From: Chlamydiota bacterium
GTDB taxonomy: Bacteria > Auribacterota > JACPWU01
Direction of reading: 5' to 3'
Length of the DNA: 32,000 bases
Assembly (NCBI GenBank): GCA_016196885.1
Contig: JACPWU010000056.1
Coordinates: forward strand, 56,804-88,803
The number at the start of each line of letters is the position of its first letter. Within the stretch, counting starts at the first letter, position 1. The position numbers and the translations under genes are program-made. Positions 18,159 to 27,083 of the stretch are shown piece by piece. The notes beneath the pieces are model-generated. The model was not told the DNA's origin and ran no database searches. It saw only the letters and a program-made list of their open reading frames with translations.

Positions 18159-19352
18159 ATGATGGACGACAAATCTAAAATGATAACCTGGACTACAAAA
18201 ATTCTCGATTGCAGTCTTCTAACCCTCCCCGTTGCCATCACTTTCTCGAGGGCCCTGGTCGAAATTCTACTGGTTGTCATTATCTTTACCTGGATTTTCC
18301 GAGCTCTTCTGGAGAGAAAAACCCTTTGTGTAGAAATTCCCTTCCTTCTTCCTCTTTTTTTCTTCTTCATCTCCGGGGTACTTGCACTTGTCCATGCCCC
18401 TTTCCTCTTTAAAAGCTTTAAAGAACTCTTGAATATCTTGGAATACCTCTTTCTTGCGATGATCGCACGAGATCAATTCCGATCTGAAAAGAAGATTCTC
18501 CTCCTGACAAAAATCATCGTCTATACCTCTCTCGTTATTGGAATAGATGGAATCGTTCAGCATTGTTTCGGCCATGACCTGATTCATGGGAGAGTTCTAC
18601 AACCTTTTCAAGAAGCATTCAGACTCACCGCCTCCTTTAGTCACCCCAATGGACTGGGGGCCTATCTTGCGATGAGTTTCCCCATTCTGTTATCTCTGAT
18701 TTATCAAGAACGCCGATGGATTTATTTTCCAATCATTCCTATCTTACTCATGGTTCTTGCACTCACTTACTCCCGGGGGGCGTGGGTCAGTTTGTTTTTT
18801 TCCCTGATTCTCTTTGCATGGTTTAAGAATAGAAAAATGATCGTTGCAATGATTCTCTTGATACTCCTTTCCTGGTTCATTCTTCCATCTTCTATTACTC
18901 ATCGAATGCAAGACACCTTTAATTTTTCCAATGCGACCATCCAAACAAGGCTCCAGACATGGAAGGGGGCGTGGGATTTATTTCTCAAACATCCCGTCAC
19001 GGGAAATGGACTCAAAAGTTTCTCTCTTCTCCTTCAAAAAGGATATGTGCACAATTGCTATTTGCAAATCCTCGTAGAAATGGGAGCCTTGGGACTTTTA
19101 AGTTTTCTGTGGATTTTGGGATATTTCTTCAGAGGGCTATTTTCTTGCCAGAGGAAAACATTCAACATCGGCTATGGCTGTTCCATCCTTGCTTTTACCA
19201 TTCATTCTCTCAGTGACACCCATCTCTATTCCATACCCATTGCAACCTTCTTCTGGTTGATTCTGGGAATCGGCATTAGCTTATCGTCAACTCTTTCTTC
19301 CACAGAATATCTCGATTCATCCATAAATAGTAAACCATCGAAAACACTGTAA
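18159..19352 (+). CDS. O-antigen ligase / Wzy_C family polytopic membrane protein
   Basis: 397 aa with more than 10 TM spans, YSRGAWVSLFFSLILF and the Wzy_C-type loop HNCYLQILVEMGALGLL. It starts 2 nt after the holA stop. Confidence 0.8.
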   Translation: MMDDKSKMITWTTKILDCSLLTLPVAITFSRALVEILLVVIIFTWIFRALLERKTLCVEIPFLLPLFFFFISGVLALVHAPFLFKSFKELLNILEYLFLAMIARDQFRSEKKILLLTKIIVYTSLVIGIDGIVQHCFGHDLIHGRVLQPFQEAFRLTASFSHPNGLGAYLAMSFPILLSLIYQERRWIYFPIIPILLMVLALTYSRGAWVSLFFSLILFAWFKNRKMIVAMILLILLSWFILPSSITHRMQDTFNFSNATIQTRLQTWKGAWDLFLKHPVTGNGLKSFSLLLQKGYVHNCYLQILVEMGALGLLSFLWILGYFFRGLFSCQRKTFNIGYGCSILAFTIHSLSDTHLYSIPIATFFWLILGIGISLSSTLSSTEYLDSSINSKPSKTL

Positions 19353-19860
19353 AAAAAGTAACCAAGATGACGAGAAATTCCTTTGTGAAAAGCGCCACAT
19401 TCCTCGCAAGGCCGAGCAAGGGCTCATGGATGAGCTCCAGCCATCTCAAAAATCCTAAATGAAAAAGCAAAATATATTGAAAGAGAGCCTTTCTCTTACC
19501 TAAGAGATTGACCCGAATGTCTCGACGTTCCTGACGGACCAGAATCCGAAGATCGGTCATGGCCAATTCTCGAATGAGAACCAGAATCACAAACCAAGAA
19601 GGAAGCGCGTGCAAGGAAAGAAAATATAAAAATAAAATCACCACAAAAATTTTATCTGCCAGGGGATCTAGAAATTTACCAAATTTTGTCACAATCCCGT
19701 AACGGCGTGCCAAGTAGCCATCGAAATAATCTGTAAAACCCACCAGCGTGGCCAGCACATAACCCGATAAAAATAGAGAGGGTGAATTTTGGAAAACCAA
19801 ATAGAAGGTGAGCGGCATAAGAAGAATTCTCAAAGAGGTTAATTGGTTGGGTAAGTTCAT
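19276..19860 (-). CDS. pgsA: CDP-diacylglycerol--glycerol-3-phosphate 3-phosphatidyltransferase (CDP-alcohol phosphatidyltransferase family)
   Basis: 194 aa with family motif DGYLARRYGIVTKFGKFLDPLADK (D-G-x2-A-R-x8-G-x3-D-x3-D). Its 3' end overlaps the convergent Wzy_C gene by 77 nt. Confidence 0.88.
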   Translation of the reverse strand: MNLPNQLTSLRILLMPLTFYLVFQNSPSLFLSGYVLATLVGFTDYFDGYLARRYGIVTKFGKFLDPLADKIFVVILFLYFLSLHALPSWFVILVLIRELAMTDLRILVRQERRDIRVNLLGKRKALFQYILLFHLGFLRWLELIHEPLLGLARNVALFTKEFLVILVTFFTVFSMVYYLWMNRDILWKKELTIS

Positions 19861-19982
19861 TCTTCTAAATATCCCCTGATCCCAGTAAAAGAGGCTTTTC
19901 TACCGGTGGTAGTTCAAAGCCGAAACAGATGTTTTTTTACAACTCCCCTCTTCTTTTTAAAAGGGGGATAAGAAATTTGCGT

Positions 19983-20011
19983 TTGATTAAGAAAATTCTT
20001 TAGGGTATAAT
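19983..20011 (+). promoter_or_regulatory. Sigma70-like promoter candidate for the HAMP-like membrane protein / tsaC operon
   Basis: TTGATT (19983-19988), 17-nt spacer, TATAAT (20006-20011). This lies about 48 nt upstream of the TTG start at 20059. Confidence 0.5.
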
Positions 20012-20058
20012 TCATACGATTTGATTCATGAACAAACTATAACCTGTAGGGTGCATTT

Positions 20059-20529
20059 TTGGAAAGAAGAAAACGTTATTTCATTGATAGAGGCATTCAA
20101 CTCTCCTTCCTTAAATTTATTACGGTGATTGTCCTTTTGGTTTCGGGTGCCTTCGGTTTCTTTTTGATTCGTGTCAACAGTTACCTAACGGAATACATCC
20201 TGGCTACCATCGAGAGCGATTCAGGAAATGCCGTTCATATTGACACGAAGCCCATCATGAAGGACCTTAAAGAAGAGCTTCACAAAAAAGATTTTCAATT
20301 CTACATTCAGCTCTATCTTGCAATCCTGATCTTTGGATTGACCGTTGCCTTTATCAGCATCCGATTTAGCCATCGAGTGGCGGGCCCTATTTACCGAATC
20401 AAAACGGTGCTTGACCGGGCAACCCTTGGAGACTTTTCGCCTCGTATCACCCTGAGAAAAAAAGATCAATTAAAAGACCTTGCTCAAAAACTGAACACCT
20501 TGTTAGACACCCTTGAGAAGGAGAAGTAG
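20059..20529 (+). CDS. Small two-TM membrane protein with HAMP-like C-terminal helix pair
   Basis: 156 aa with TM1 LKFITVIVLLVSGAFGFFLI and TM2 IQLYLAILIFGLTVAFISI, followed by RFSHRVAGPIYRIKTVLDRATLGDFSPRITLRKKDQLKDLAQKLNTLLDTL (HAMP-like). It has a TTG start. Confidence 0.65.
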   Translation: MERRKRYFIDRGIQLSFLKFITVIVLLVSGAFGFFLIRVNSYLTEYILATIESDSGNAVHIDTKPIMKDLKEELHKKDFQFYIQLYLAILIFGLTVAFISIRFSHRVAGPIYRIKTVLDRATLGDFSPRITLRKKDQLKDLAQKLNTLLDTLEKEK

Positions 20530-20541
20530 TGCTCTAATTTT

Positions 20542-21639
20542 ATGACCCAACATCTCATCATTGACCGCTCTCTTCCTGATCCGGCGATTATCAATCAGGC
20601 CGCGCAAGTCTTAAGAGAAGGGGGGCTTGTTGCATTTCCAACAGATACCGTTTATGCACTTGGAGTCAATATTCTCCTACCGGAATCAGTCAAGAAAGTC
20701 TATGAGGCAAAAAAGAGAGCTCGCGAAAGAACGCTTCCCATTCTCTTATCCCACTCGCAACAATTGGAGCACCATCTTGAATCCCTGGACGGACGAGTAA
20801 AAAAATTGATCGAATGTTTTTGGCCGGGTCCTCTGACACTTGTCCTCACCTGTAACAAGGGAACGCTCTCGGGACAAAAAGTGGGCTTCCGAGTTCCTGA
20901 CGACTTGATTGCAAGCAAAATCATTGATCAGACAGGGGTTCCCATTGGCTGCCCCAGTGCAAATTTGAGCGGGGAAGCAGGCGCCCGAACGGCTCAAGAA
21001 GTTCTCAAAGACTTAGACGGAAAGATTGATCTTTTGATTGACGCGGGTCCGACCCGTATCGGAAAAGGTTCGACCATGGTGGAAGTAGAACCCAACAGAA
21101 TTAAGTTCCATCGCTACGGATTTATTTCTGAAGAGCTCATTGACACGTGTCTGAACCGCCCGCATCTTGAAAAGGGAAAAATTAAAAAGGTTCTCTTCGT
21201 TTGCACGGGGAACAGCTGTCGAAGCGTTATGGCAGAGGGTCTTTTCAATAAATGGGCGGGTGACAAAAAGGATATCAAAGCCGTCTCTGCAGGGACCACG
21301 GCCTTTCCGGGGATCCGCCCCTCTGAAAACACCATTCTCGTCATGAGAGATGAAGAGGCGGACGTCTCCTACCACCTCTCTCAATCTCTTACGCCTGAGC
21401 TGATCTCAAGTTCAGATCTCATCATTGCTATGACTAAAGCCCATCAGCGTTTTATCCTTGAAATATCTAAGAATCCTGAGGTAGATTCAAAGAAGGTTCA
21501 TATTCTGATGGAATTTGCAAGCCGATGGGATTTTTTCGGCATGGACGTCGAAGACCCGATAGGACAACCCTTATGGGCCTATCGCAATTGTCTAAAAATG
21601 ATGCGCGATCCCATTTTAAGATTGGTAGGGACGTTATGA
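20542..21639 (+). CDS. tsaC: Fusion protein: L-threonylcarbamoyladenylate synthase (TsaC/YwlC/Sua5 family) + low-molecular-weight phosphatase (YwlE-like)
   Basis: 365 aa. Residues 1-200 form a YrdC/Sua5 fold (GGLVAFPTDTVYALG, LPILL, WPGPLTLVL, SANLSG). Residues ~215-365 form an LMW-PTP domain with P-loop CTGNSCRS, SAGT and general-acid DVEDPIG. Confidence 0.88.
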   Translation: MTQHLIIDRSLPDPAIINQAAQVLREGGLVAFPTDTVYALGVNILLPESVKKVYEAKKRARERTLPILLSHSQQLEHHLESLDGRVKKLIECFWPGPLTLVLTCNKGTLSGQKVGFRVPDDLIASKIIDQTGVPIGCPSANLSGEAGARTAQEVLKDLDGKIDLLIDAGPTRIGKGSTMVEVEPNRIKFHRYGFISEELIDTCLNRPHLEKGKIKKVLFVCTGNSCRSVMAEGLFNKWAGDKKDIKAVSAGTTAFPGIRPSENTILVMRDEEADVSYHLSQSLTPELISSSDLIIAMTKAHQRFILEISKNPEVDSKKVHILMEFASRWDFFGMDVEDPIGQPLWAYRNCLKMMRDPILRLVGTL

Positions 21640-22076
21640 AAATTGCATTGGGGGCCGATCACGGCGGTTATAAACTCAAGGAAGAAATTAAATCTAAACT
21701 TGAGGGCCTGGGTCATCAAGTCACAGACGTAGGATGTTTTAATGAAGAATCCGTAGATTATCCAGACTACGGGGCCCGGGCCTCTAAAAAGGTTTCTGAA
21801 GGGAGTTCAGACCGGGCCATTCTTCTGTGTAAAACCGGAATCGGCATGAGCATCGTGGCCAATAAAATCAGAGGGGTGCGAGGAGCACTCTGCATGGACG
21901 AAAAGATGGCCAAGATGAGCCGCCTTCACAACGACGCGAATGTTTTGATTTTGCCTGCGACTTACGTCAAAGAAAATCAGGCGATGAAAATTGTGGATGA
22001 GTGGCTCAAGACCGATTTTGAGGGAGGCCGCCATGAGAAGAGGGTTAAGAAGATTAAAGATATAGAAAATCATTAG
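21636..22076 (+). CDS. rpiB: Ribose-5-phosphate isomerase B
   Basis: The ATG at 21636 overlaps the upstream stop (ATGA). Motifs MKIALGADHGGYKLK, LLCKTGIGMSIVANK and NDANVLIL. About 146 aa. Confidence 0.92.
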   Translation: MKIALGADHGGYKLKEEIKSKLEGLGHQVTDVGCFNEESVDYPDYGARASKKVSEGSSDRAILLCKTGIGMSIVANKIRGVRGALCMDEKMAKMSRLHNDANVLILPATYVKENQAMKIVDEWLKTDFEGGRHEKRVKKIKDIENH

Positions 22077-22135
22077 AAATATCAAAATGCAAAGATCAAA
22101 ATGCAAAATGACAATCCAAAAATCAAAATTTTTCA
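22077..22135. repeat. W3 AT-word block, left arm of a hairpin that encloses MITE type II copy B
   Basis: aaatatcaaaatgcaaagatcaaaatgcaaaatgacaatccaaaaatcaaaattttt. The segment caaaatgaca (22104-22113) pairs perfectly with tgtcattttg (22301-22310). Confidence 0.7.
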
Positions 22136-22162
22136 ACGCAACAACATGGGAGACATTTTAAA

Positions 22163-22301
22163 TTTTGCTATGAAAGTGAAGCTCATTCTGTAGTCGCCCC
22201 ATTTATGGGGCTGCCCGATGAATCGGGCGACTACAAAAAAAGCATGATGGGAAGGACTTTCATCACACACGATGATCTCGAAGGATCATTGAAATTAATA
22301 T
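22163..22301 (+). mobile_element. Type II MITE-like element, copy B (minimal REP doublet, 1-nt spacer)
   Basis: REP-A (22190-22211) and REP-B rc (22213-22234) are separated by a single T. The flanks are colinear with 7501-7666, including the hairpin gatgatctcgaaggatcat. Confidence 0.8.
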
Positions 22302-22330
22302 GTCATTTTGATTTTTGATATTTGAATTTT
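22301..22330. repeat. W3 AT-word block, right arm
   Basis: The reverse complement of tgtcattttgatttttgatatttgaatttt, aaaattcaaatatcaaaaatcaaaatgaca, matches the left arms at 22077-22113 and 12217-12252. Confidence 0.7.
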
Positions 22331-22345
22331 CCAGGAAATGAAACC

Positions 22346-23590
22346 ATGACAAGCAAACTTGAACAAGTAGATCCAGAAATTGCAAAGGCCATTCATGAGG
22401 AAACCCTGAGGCAGGCGCAAGGTCTAGAACTCATCGCCTCCGAAAATTTTGTCAGCGAAGCTGTTCTAGAAGCCCTCGGCTCCGTGATGACCAACAAATA
22501 TGCGGAGGGTTATCCCTCCAAGCGATGGTACAACGGCTGCGAATTTGTGGACGTTGCAGAGCAATTGGCCATTGACCGCGCCAAGCTTCTCTTTGGAGCC
22601 GAGCATGTAAATGTGCAGCCCCACTCCGGCTCCCAAGCCAACATGGCTGTCTATTTCAGCAAGCTCCAGGTAGGGGATACCATCCTGGCCATGGACCTGG
22701 CCCATGGCGGACATCTCACCCATGGGAGCAAAGTCAATTTTTCAGGAAAATTCTTCAACATTGTTTCTTATGGCGTCAATCGAGAAACCGAAAGAATTGA
22801 TTATGAAGAGGTTCGGCAATTGGCCCTAAAACATCGCCCCAAGCTGATTTTAGGAGGTGCCAGTGCTTATCCCAGAATCATTGATGCTCAAAAATTAAGA
22901 GAAATCGCTAGTGAGGTGGAGGCTTTTCTCATGGTGGACATGGCCCATTTTGCAGGACTGGTTGCGGCGGGGATTCACCCAAGTCCGATCCCGTATTCTC
23001 ACTTTGTCACCACCACAACCCACAAGACGCTTCGAGGTCCTCGAGGCGGTATGATTCTTTGCAAAAGTGAATTTGCAAAGGAAATTGATTCGCAAATATT
23101 TCCAGGCATTCAAGGCGGGCCTCTCATGCACGTGATTGCAGCCAAGGCAGTGTCCTTCAAAGAAGCCTTGTCGCCCCACTTCAAGGAATATCAAAAACGT
23201 GTTGTCGCCAATGCACTCACCCTGGCCAAGAGCCTTACAGAAAAGGGCTTGCGGATTGTTTCAGGAGGCACAGACACGCACCTCATGCTCGTGGATCTTT
23301 CCGCTTGGAAACTCACAGGCAAAGATGCGGCGACTTATCTCGACCGCTCAGGGATCACCGTTAATAAAAACCTCATTCCATTTGACAAAGAAAGTCCTTT
23401 TAAGGCAAGTGGCATTCGGATCGGAACTCCGGCCATCACGACACGGGGAATGGGTCCTTCCCAAATGAGTGAAATTGCAGAGTTGATTACGGACGTTTTA
23501 AAACATCCAGATGATAAAACGATTCAGGGCGTGCGTCAGAAAGTTCTAAAACTCTGCGAACAATTTCCCCTCTATCAGGATCGGCTCTAG
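22346..23590 (+). CDS. glyA: Serine hydroxymethyltransferase
   Basis: PLP-lysine motif [14 protein letters not shown] and the canonical N-terminus [15 protein letters not shown]...ELIASENF. I prefer the ATG at 22346 over the upstream TTG at 22322, which lies in the repeat. Confidence 0.96.
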   Translation: MTSKLEQVDPEIAKAIHEETLRQAQGLELIASENFVSEAVLEALGSVMTNKYAEGYPSKRWYNGCEFVDVAEQLAIDRAKLLFGAEHVNVQPHSGSQANMAVYFSKLQVGDTILAMDLAHGGHLTHGSKVNFSGKFFNIVSYGVNRETERIDYEEVRQLALKHRPKLILGGASAYPRIIDAQKLREIASEVEAFLMVDMAHFAGLVAAGIHPSPIPYSHFVTTTTHKTLRGPRGGMILCKSEFAKEIDSQIFPGIQGGPLMHVIAAKAVSFKEALSPHFKEYQKRVVANALTLAKSLTEKGLRIVSGGTDTHLMLVDLSAWKLTGKDAATYLDRSGITVNKNLIPFDKESPFKASGIRIGTPAITTRGMGPSQMSEIAELITDVLKHPDDKTIQGVRQKVLKLCEQFPLYQDRL

Positions 23591-24043
23591 GTGAAATGTC
23601 CTTTTTGCTCCCATCTTGAAGACAAGGTCGTAGACTCCAGAGAATCCGGAGAAGGGGATTCCACTCGAAGAAGACGCGAATGCCTTAAGTGTGGAAGAAG
23701 ATTCACCACCTACGAAAAAATAGAAGAAATCCCTCTTAAAGTGGTAAAGAAAGACAACACCCGCGAGGATTACGACCGCCGTAAAATTCTAAATGGTATT
23801 TTAAAAGCCTGTGAAAAAAGACCTGTCAGTGTTGAACAAATTGAAGGCATGGTGGATGAAATCGAGCGGGAAATCGAAAAGGGATACGAACAAGAAGTCC
23901 ATTCCAAGGAGATTGGGGAGCTTGTCATGGCAAAATTACACAACTTAGACGAAGTCGCCTACGTTCGATTTGCCTCTGTGTACAGGCAGTTCAAAGACGT
24001 GAATGAATTTATGGAAGTGATTAAGAAGCTATTGAAGGGATGA
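23591..24043 (+). CDS. nrdR: Transcriptional repressor NrdR
   Basis: 150 aa with zinc ribbon MKCPFCSH...[12 protein letters not shown] followed by an ATP-cone. The GTG start follows the glyA stop directly. Confidence 0.95.
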   Translation: MKCPFCSHLEDKVVDSRESGEGDSTRRRRECLKCGRRFTTYEKIEEIPLKVVKKDNTREDYDRRKILNGILKACEKRPVSVEQIEGMVDEIEREIEKGYEQEVHSKEIGELVMAKLHNLDEVAYVRFASVYRQFKDVNEFMEVIKKLLKG

Positions 24044-24057
24044 AGTCCTGTAGGGCT

Positions 24058-25611
24058 CTACTTTTTCAGCTCAAAAATCTCGCACTGCTTCAAAAGCCAC
24101 TGATAATACTCATAAAATATCTTTTGTTGTTTTCTTGCCAATACACGGTCGTGATAAGCTGTTTTTAATTTCTCAAATTCTTCCCTAGAAGGATCTAGAC
24201 TTTTCTTAACCCAGAAAAAGGCGCTGCCATTTTGAGTTTCTACCACTTGCGATATTTTTCCAATCTCTACGTCCCAAGCCGCTTTCCGTATCATTCCATA
24301 CGCATCAGATGAAACCAGAGATTCTGGACGGGTAAAAGGGGAGAGCTTCTCAACTTTTTCTCCAAGCGCCTTGCAGCTTTGAGAAAAAGAAAATTTAGGA
24401 TCATTTTTTGCCGAGAGTAATTTTCCGTAAATTTCCTCGGCTTTTTTCTTCGCTTCTTCTTTGGCTTTTTCCCCGATCAACAAATCACGGACCTGGGTCT
24501 GGACCTCTTCCAGCGAAGGAATGTAGGAAGGTTTCTCCCTCATAGGAACCACGACGTAATAAACCTCATTCACCCAAACGGGCTCCAGAGATTCTTTTAA
24601 GTCACCTTCAAAAATATTCTTGAGAAGGCCCGCTTCATTTTTCCAAATGGGTAGGGGGTTCCCCCGGGTAAAAAAATCTGTTCTTTGGACAGGAAAACCA
24701 CATTCTTGAGCTACCTTCACAAAGGATTTTTTCTTAGATAATCCGTGATAAATCTTTCTGGAAATTTTCTGAGCTAACTTGGACGCCTTTCCTTTTTTTA
24801 ACTGGTTTTCAATTTCTTGAGAAACCTCCGTCAGGGGTTTCTTAAAGTTCTCTTTATGTTTTTGATAAAAAGTTTCCACCTCCTTGGAAGAGACCACCAT
24901 CTTTTGATCGGCCAAATCCTTGACATTCACCGCAAAATAATTCACCCTTCGCTGGACGCCCACTCTAAAATTTTCCGGGTGCTGATCGAAATACTGTTTC
25001 AATTCCAGCTCATTCACAGAAACAGAATCCAGAAAGCGGTTCGAGGCAATCTCGCAATAGCGAATGTCCAATTTTTCCTTTTCATAATAATAAGACTCGT
25101 AAATTTCATCATCAGAAACCTGAACGAGTTTCTTCAATGCCTCTTGAAATTTTTCAATAAGAAGGGTCTCTCGATAGGCCTTTTCAAATTCATAGACGGA
25201 AAGCTTTAGGGCGTTCTTCACATAAAATTCATATATCCTGGAATCAAATACATCCTTGGGATCTTTTGCAAAGGCCTTCACAATCTCGCGTGACAATTCC
25301 TGATCGGTAACGCCTACCCCTGACTTTTGAGCCTCGTGAAGCAGAATCATTCGCTGCCAGGCCACTTGCTCTAAGAAAGAGGGATCCCGAAGCGACGATT
25401 GCTTCAAACTTAAAATGGCCGATGCATTGTTTCTCTCTTTGAGAAAATCTGAGAGACGGATCTTCTGTCCAAAAAGAATACCTACCACCCCATCTTCCTT
25501 GCGGGCAAAAACACTCTCGATCCCAAAAAAGAGAAAGGGCGGAACAATCAGGGTAAGCAAAGTCCATAAAATGAGCTTCGTATTTTTTCGAATCTTCTTG
25601 AGCACAGACAC
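24058..25611 (-). CDS. Membrane-anchored periplasmic chaperone, PpiD/SurA-like (parvulin domain apparently degenerate)
   Basis: 517 aa with an N-terminal TM anchor LILWTLLTLIVPPFLFFGI, SurA_N-like helical regions, and a C-terminal segment IGKISQVVETQNGSAFFWVKK resembling the end of a parvulin fold. Confidence 0.7.
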   Translation of the reverse strand: MSVLKKIRKNTKLILWTLLTLIVPPFLFFGIESVFARKEDGVVGILFGQKIRLSDFLKERNNASAILSLKQSSLRDPSFLEQVAWQRMILLHEAQKSGVGVTDQELSREIVKAFAKDPKDVFDSRIYEFYVKNALKLSVYEFEKAYRETLLIEKFQEALKKLVQVSDDEIYESYYYEKEKLDIRYCEIASNRFLDSVSVNELELKQYFDQHPENFRVGVQRRVNYFAVNVKDLADQKMVVSSKEVETFYQKHKENFKKPLTEVSQEIENQLKKGKASKLAQKISRKIYHGLSKKKSFVKVAQECGFPVQRTDFFTRGNPLPIWKNEAGLLKNIFEGDLKESLEPVWVNEVYYVVVPMREKPSYIPSLEEVQTQVRDLLIGEKAKEEAKKKAEEIYGKLLSAKNDPKFSFSQSCKALGEKVEKLSPFTRPESLVSSDAYGMIRKAAWDVEIGKISQVVETQNGSAFFWVKKSLDPSREEFEKLKTAYHDRVLARKQQKIFYEYYQWLLKQCEIFELKK

Positions 25612-25660
25612 CTTTTTGTTCTAGAATGATGGGGTATCTTCTATTATTTTTCACAAAACT

Positions 25661-26869
25661 TCAACCTAAAGTTATCATCTTCCACTCATTCTTAAAAAAA
25701 TCTTGCCAGGGTAGACAACGTACTTTCCCCAGTTGAATAGGCTGAGATATGTTTGAGACCACAATCAATTCTGCTTCAGGAAATTCTTCCGAGAAGCTAC
25801 GAAGCCCTCTGATTTGATCTTTCGTAATGGTGGAAGTAGCCTTGATTTCGATGGCGCGGATTTTGTCGCCTCTTTCTTGGACAAGATCTACCTCAACTCC
25901 GGAGCGTGTCCTAAAAAAGCCTATTCGATGTTCTGTTCTCAGATAGTCATGCAGGCGTATGAACTCAAGAATGCAGAAGTGTTCAAAGAACTTTCCAAAA
26001 AGAGGAGTCTTTGGACGAAGTTCTGTTGAGAGGTTTTGCGTGAGTGTATTCACAACACCTGTATCAAAAAAGTAAAACTTGCCATGTGTAACCAATTCTT
26101 TTCGAGAATGATGGTGTCCCCAGGACGACAAAAAGAAACCGATGAGCGTGTCTTCTAAAATCTCATAATAGGAAGCAACCGTCTTACGTGGAACAGCGGC
26201 TTCTTGACCCATTTTTGTCATATTGATAAGCTCACCGTTTGAGTAGGCTGCTGATTCCAAGAATCTATGGAAGGCATCTAGGCGTCTTGTTAAAGCCTCT
26301 GATTGTATCTCTTCTCTCAAATAGGTCATGACATAAGCCTTCATCTGTTCCATTTTTTCCTCCCTCGTTCTGTCAACAAGAGAAGGAAGAGTCCCAAATT
26401 GAAGAGCATCTAAAAGAGAAAAGTGCTCTCCTATTTCTAGGAAAGAAAGAGGATAGAGACTTCTTTGCCAAGCGCGACCGGCCAGGAGATTGGCTCCTCC
26501 TTTTTTTAATTTTCGAGCACTTGAACCACTCAAGAGAAAACGAATTCTACCTGGATAACTTTCCAAAAGGGAGTGGACCTCATCAAGCAAAGGGGGAATT
26601 TTCTGTATTTCATCAATATGAATTTGAATGGGTCCCTGACCTTCATGTAACAAGGCCTCGATTTCATGACGTAAGAGGGACGGATCCGCCTGGAGTTTTA
26701 AAAAGTCATCACTTTTAAGCAGGTCGTGAACAATTTTAGGCCCCTGTTCTGCTGCAAGATAATTTCTGATCAAAGTGCTTTTTCCTGTGGTACGAGGCCC
26801 AAAAAGAAAAAAAGACTGATGATGGGGGATATTCTGTATTTTAAACAATCTCGTATACATAGTTGCCAT
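25661..26869 (-). CDS. AAA+ ATPase of the COG1373 / AAA_14 + DUF4143 type
   Basis: 402 aa with Walker A LFGPRTTGKSTL and Walker B IHIDEIQKIP. The C-terminal region has the layout I associate with DUF4143. The function is unknown. Confidence 0.8.
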   Translation of the reverse strand: MATMYTRLFKIQNIPHHQSFFLFGPRTTGKSTLIRNYLAAEQGPKIVHDLLKSDDFLKLQADPSLLRHEIEALLHEGQGPIQIHIDEIQKIPPLLDEVHSLLESYPGRIRFLLSGSSARKLKKGGANLLAGRAWQRSLYPLSFLEIGEHFSLLDALQFGTLPSLVDRTREEKMEQMKAYVMTYLREEIQSEALTRRLDAFHRFLESAAYSNGELINMTKMGQEAAVPRKTVASYYEILEDTLIGFFLSSWGHHHSRKELVTHGKFYFFDTGVVNTLTQNLSTELRPKTPLFGKFFEHFCILEFIRLHDYLRTEHRIGFFRTRSGVEVDLVQERGDKIRAIEIKATSTITKDQIRGLRSFSEEFPEAELIVVSNISQPIQLGKVRCLPWQDFFKNEWKMITLG

Positions 26870-26998
26870 TATACGTCTAAATACGGCAACTGACTAGCCA
26901 AAATTCATAATAACGCCAAAAAAAGAGATATTTAACACCTGTATTGGAATTATCAGGAGCAGAGCAACATAACGAAAATGACTGGACGAATTCAGTTC

Positions 26999-27027
26999 TT
27001 TACTTCTCCCTTTCTGATTTTTATAAT
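26999..27027 (+). promoter_or_regulatory. Sigma70-like promoter candidate for the YacP-like gene
   Basis: TTTACT (26999-27004), 17-nt spacer, TATAAT (27022-27027). Confidence 0.35.
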
Positions 27028-27083
27028 GGCCCCATGGATTTATTTTTATATGACGAAATTCTGAAGGATATCCAAAAAGTTCT

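Noticed and set aside
22077-22345. Riboswitch or T-box leader upstream of glyA
   Set aside because: The whole gap is accounted for by W3 word arms and type II MITE copy B. I saw no ZTP, THF or T-box consensus elements.
26978-27064. 28-aa hydrophobic mini-ORF (MTGRIQFFTSPFLIFIMAPWIYFYMTKF) that could be a type I toxin
   Set aside because: It has no Shine-Dalgarno sequence, overlaps the best promoter candidate for the YacP-like gene, and has no visible antisense RNA partner.
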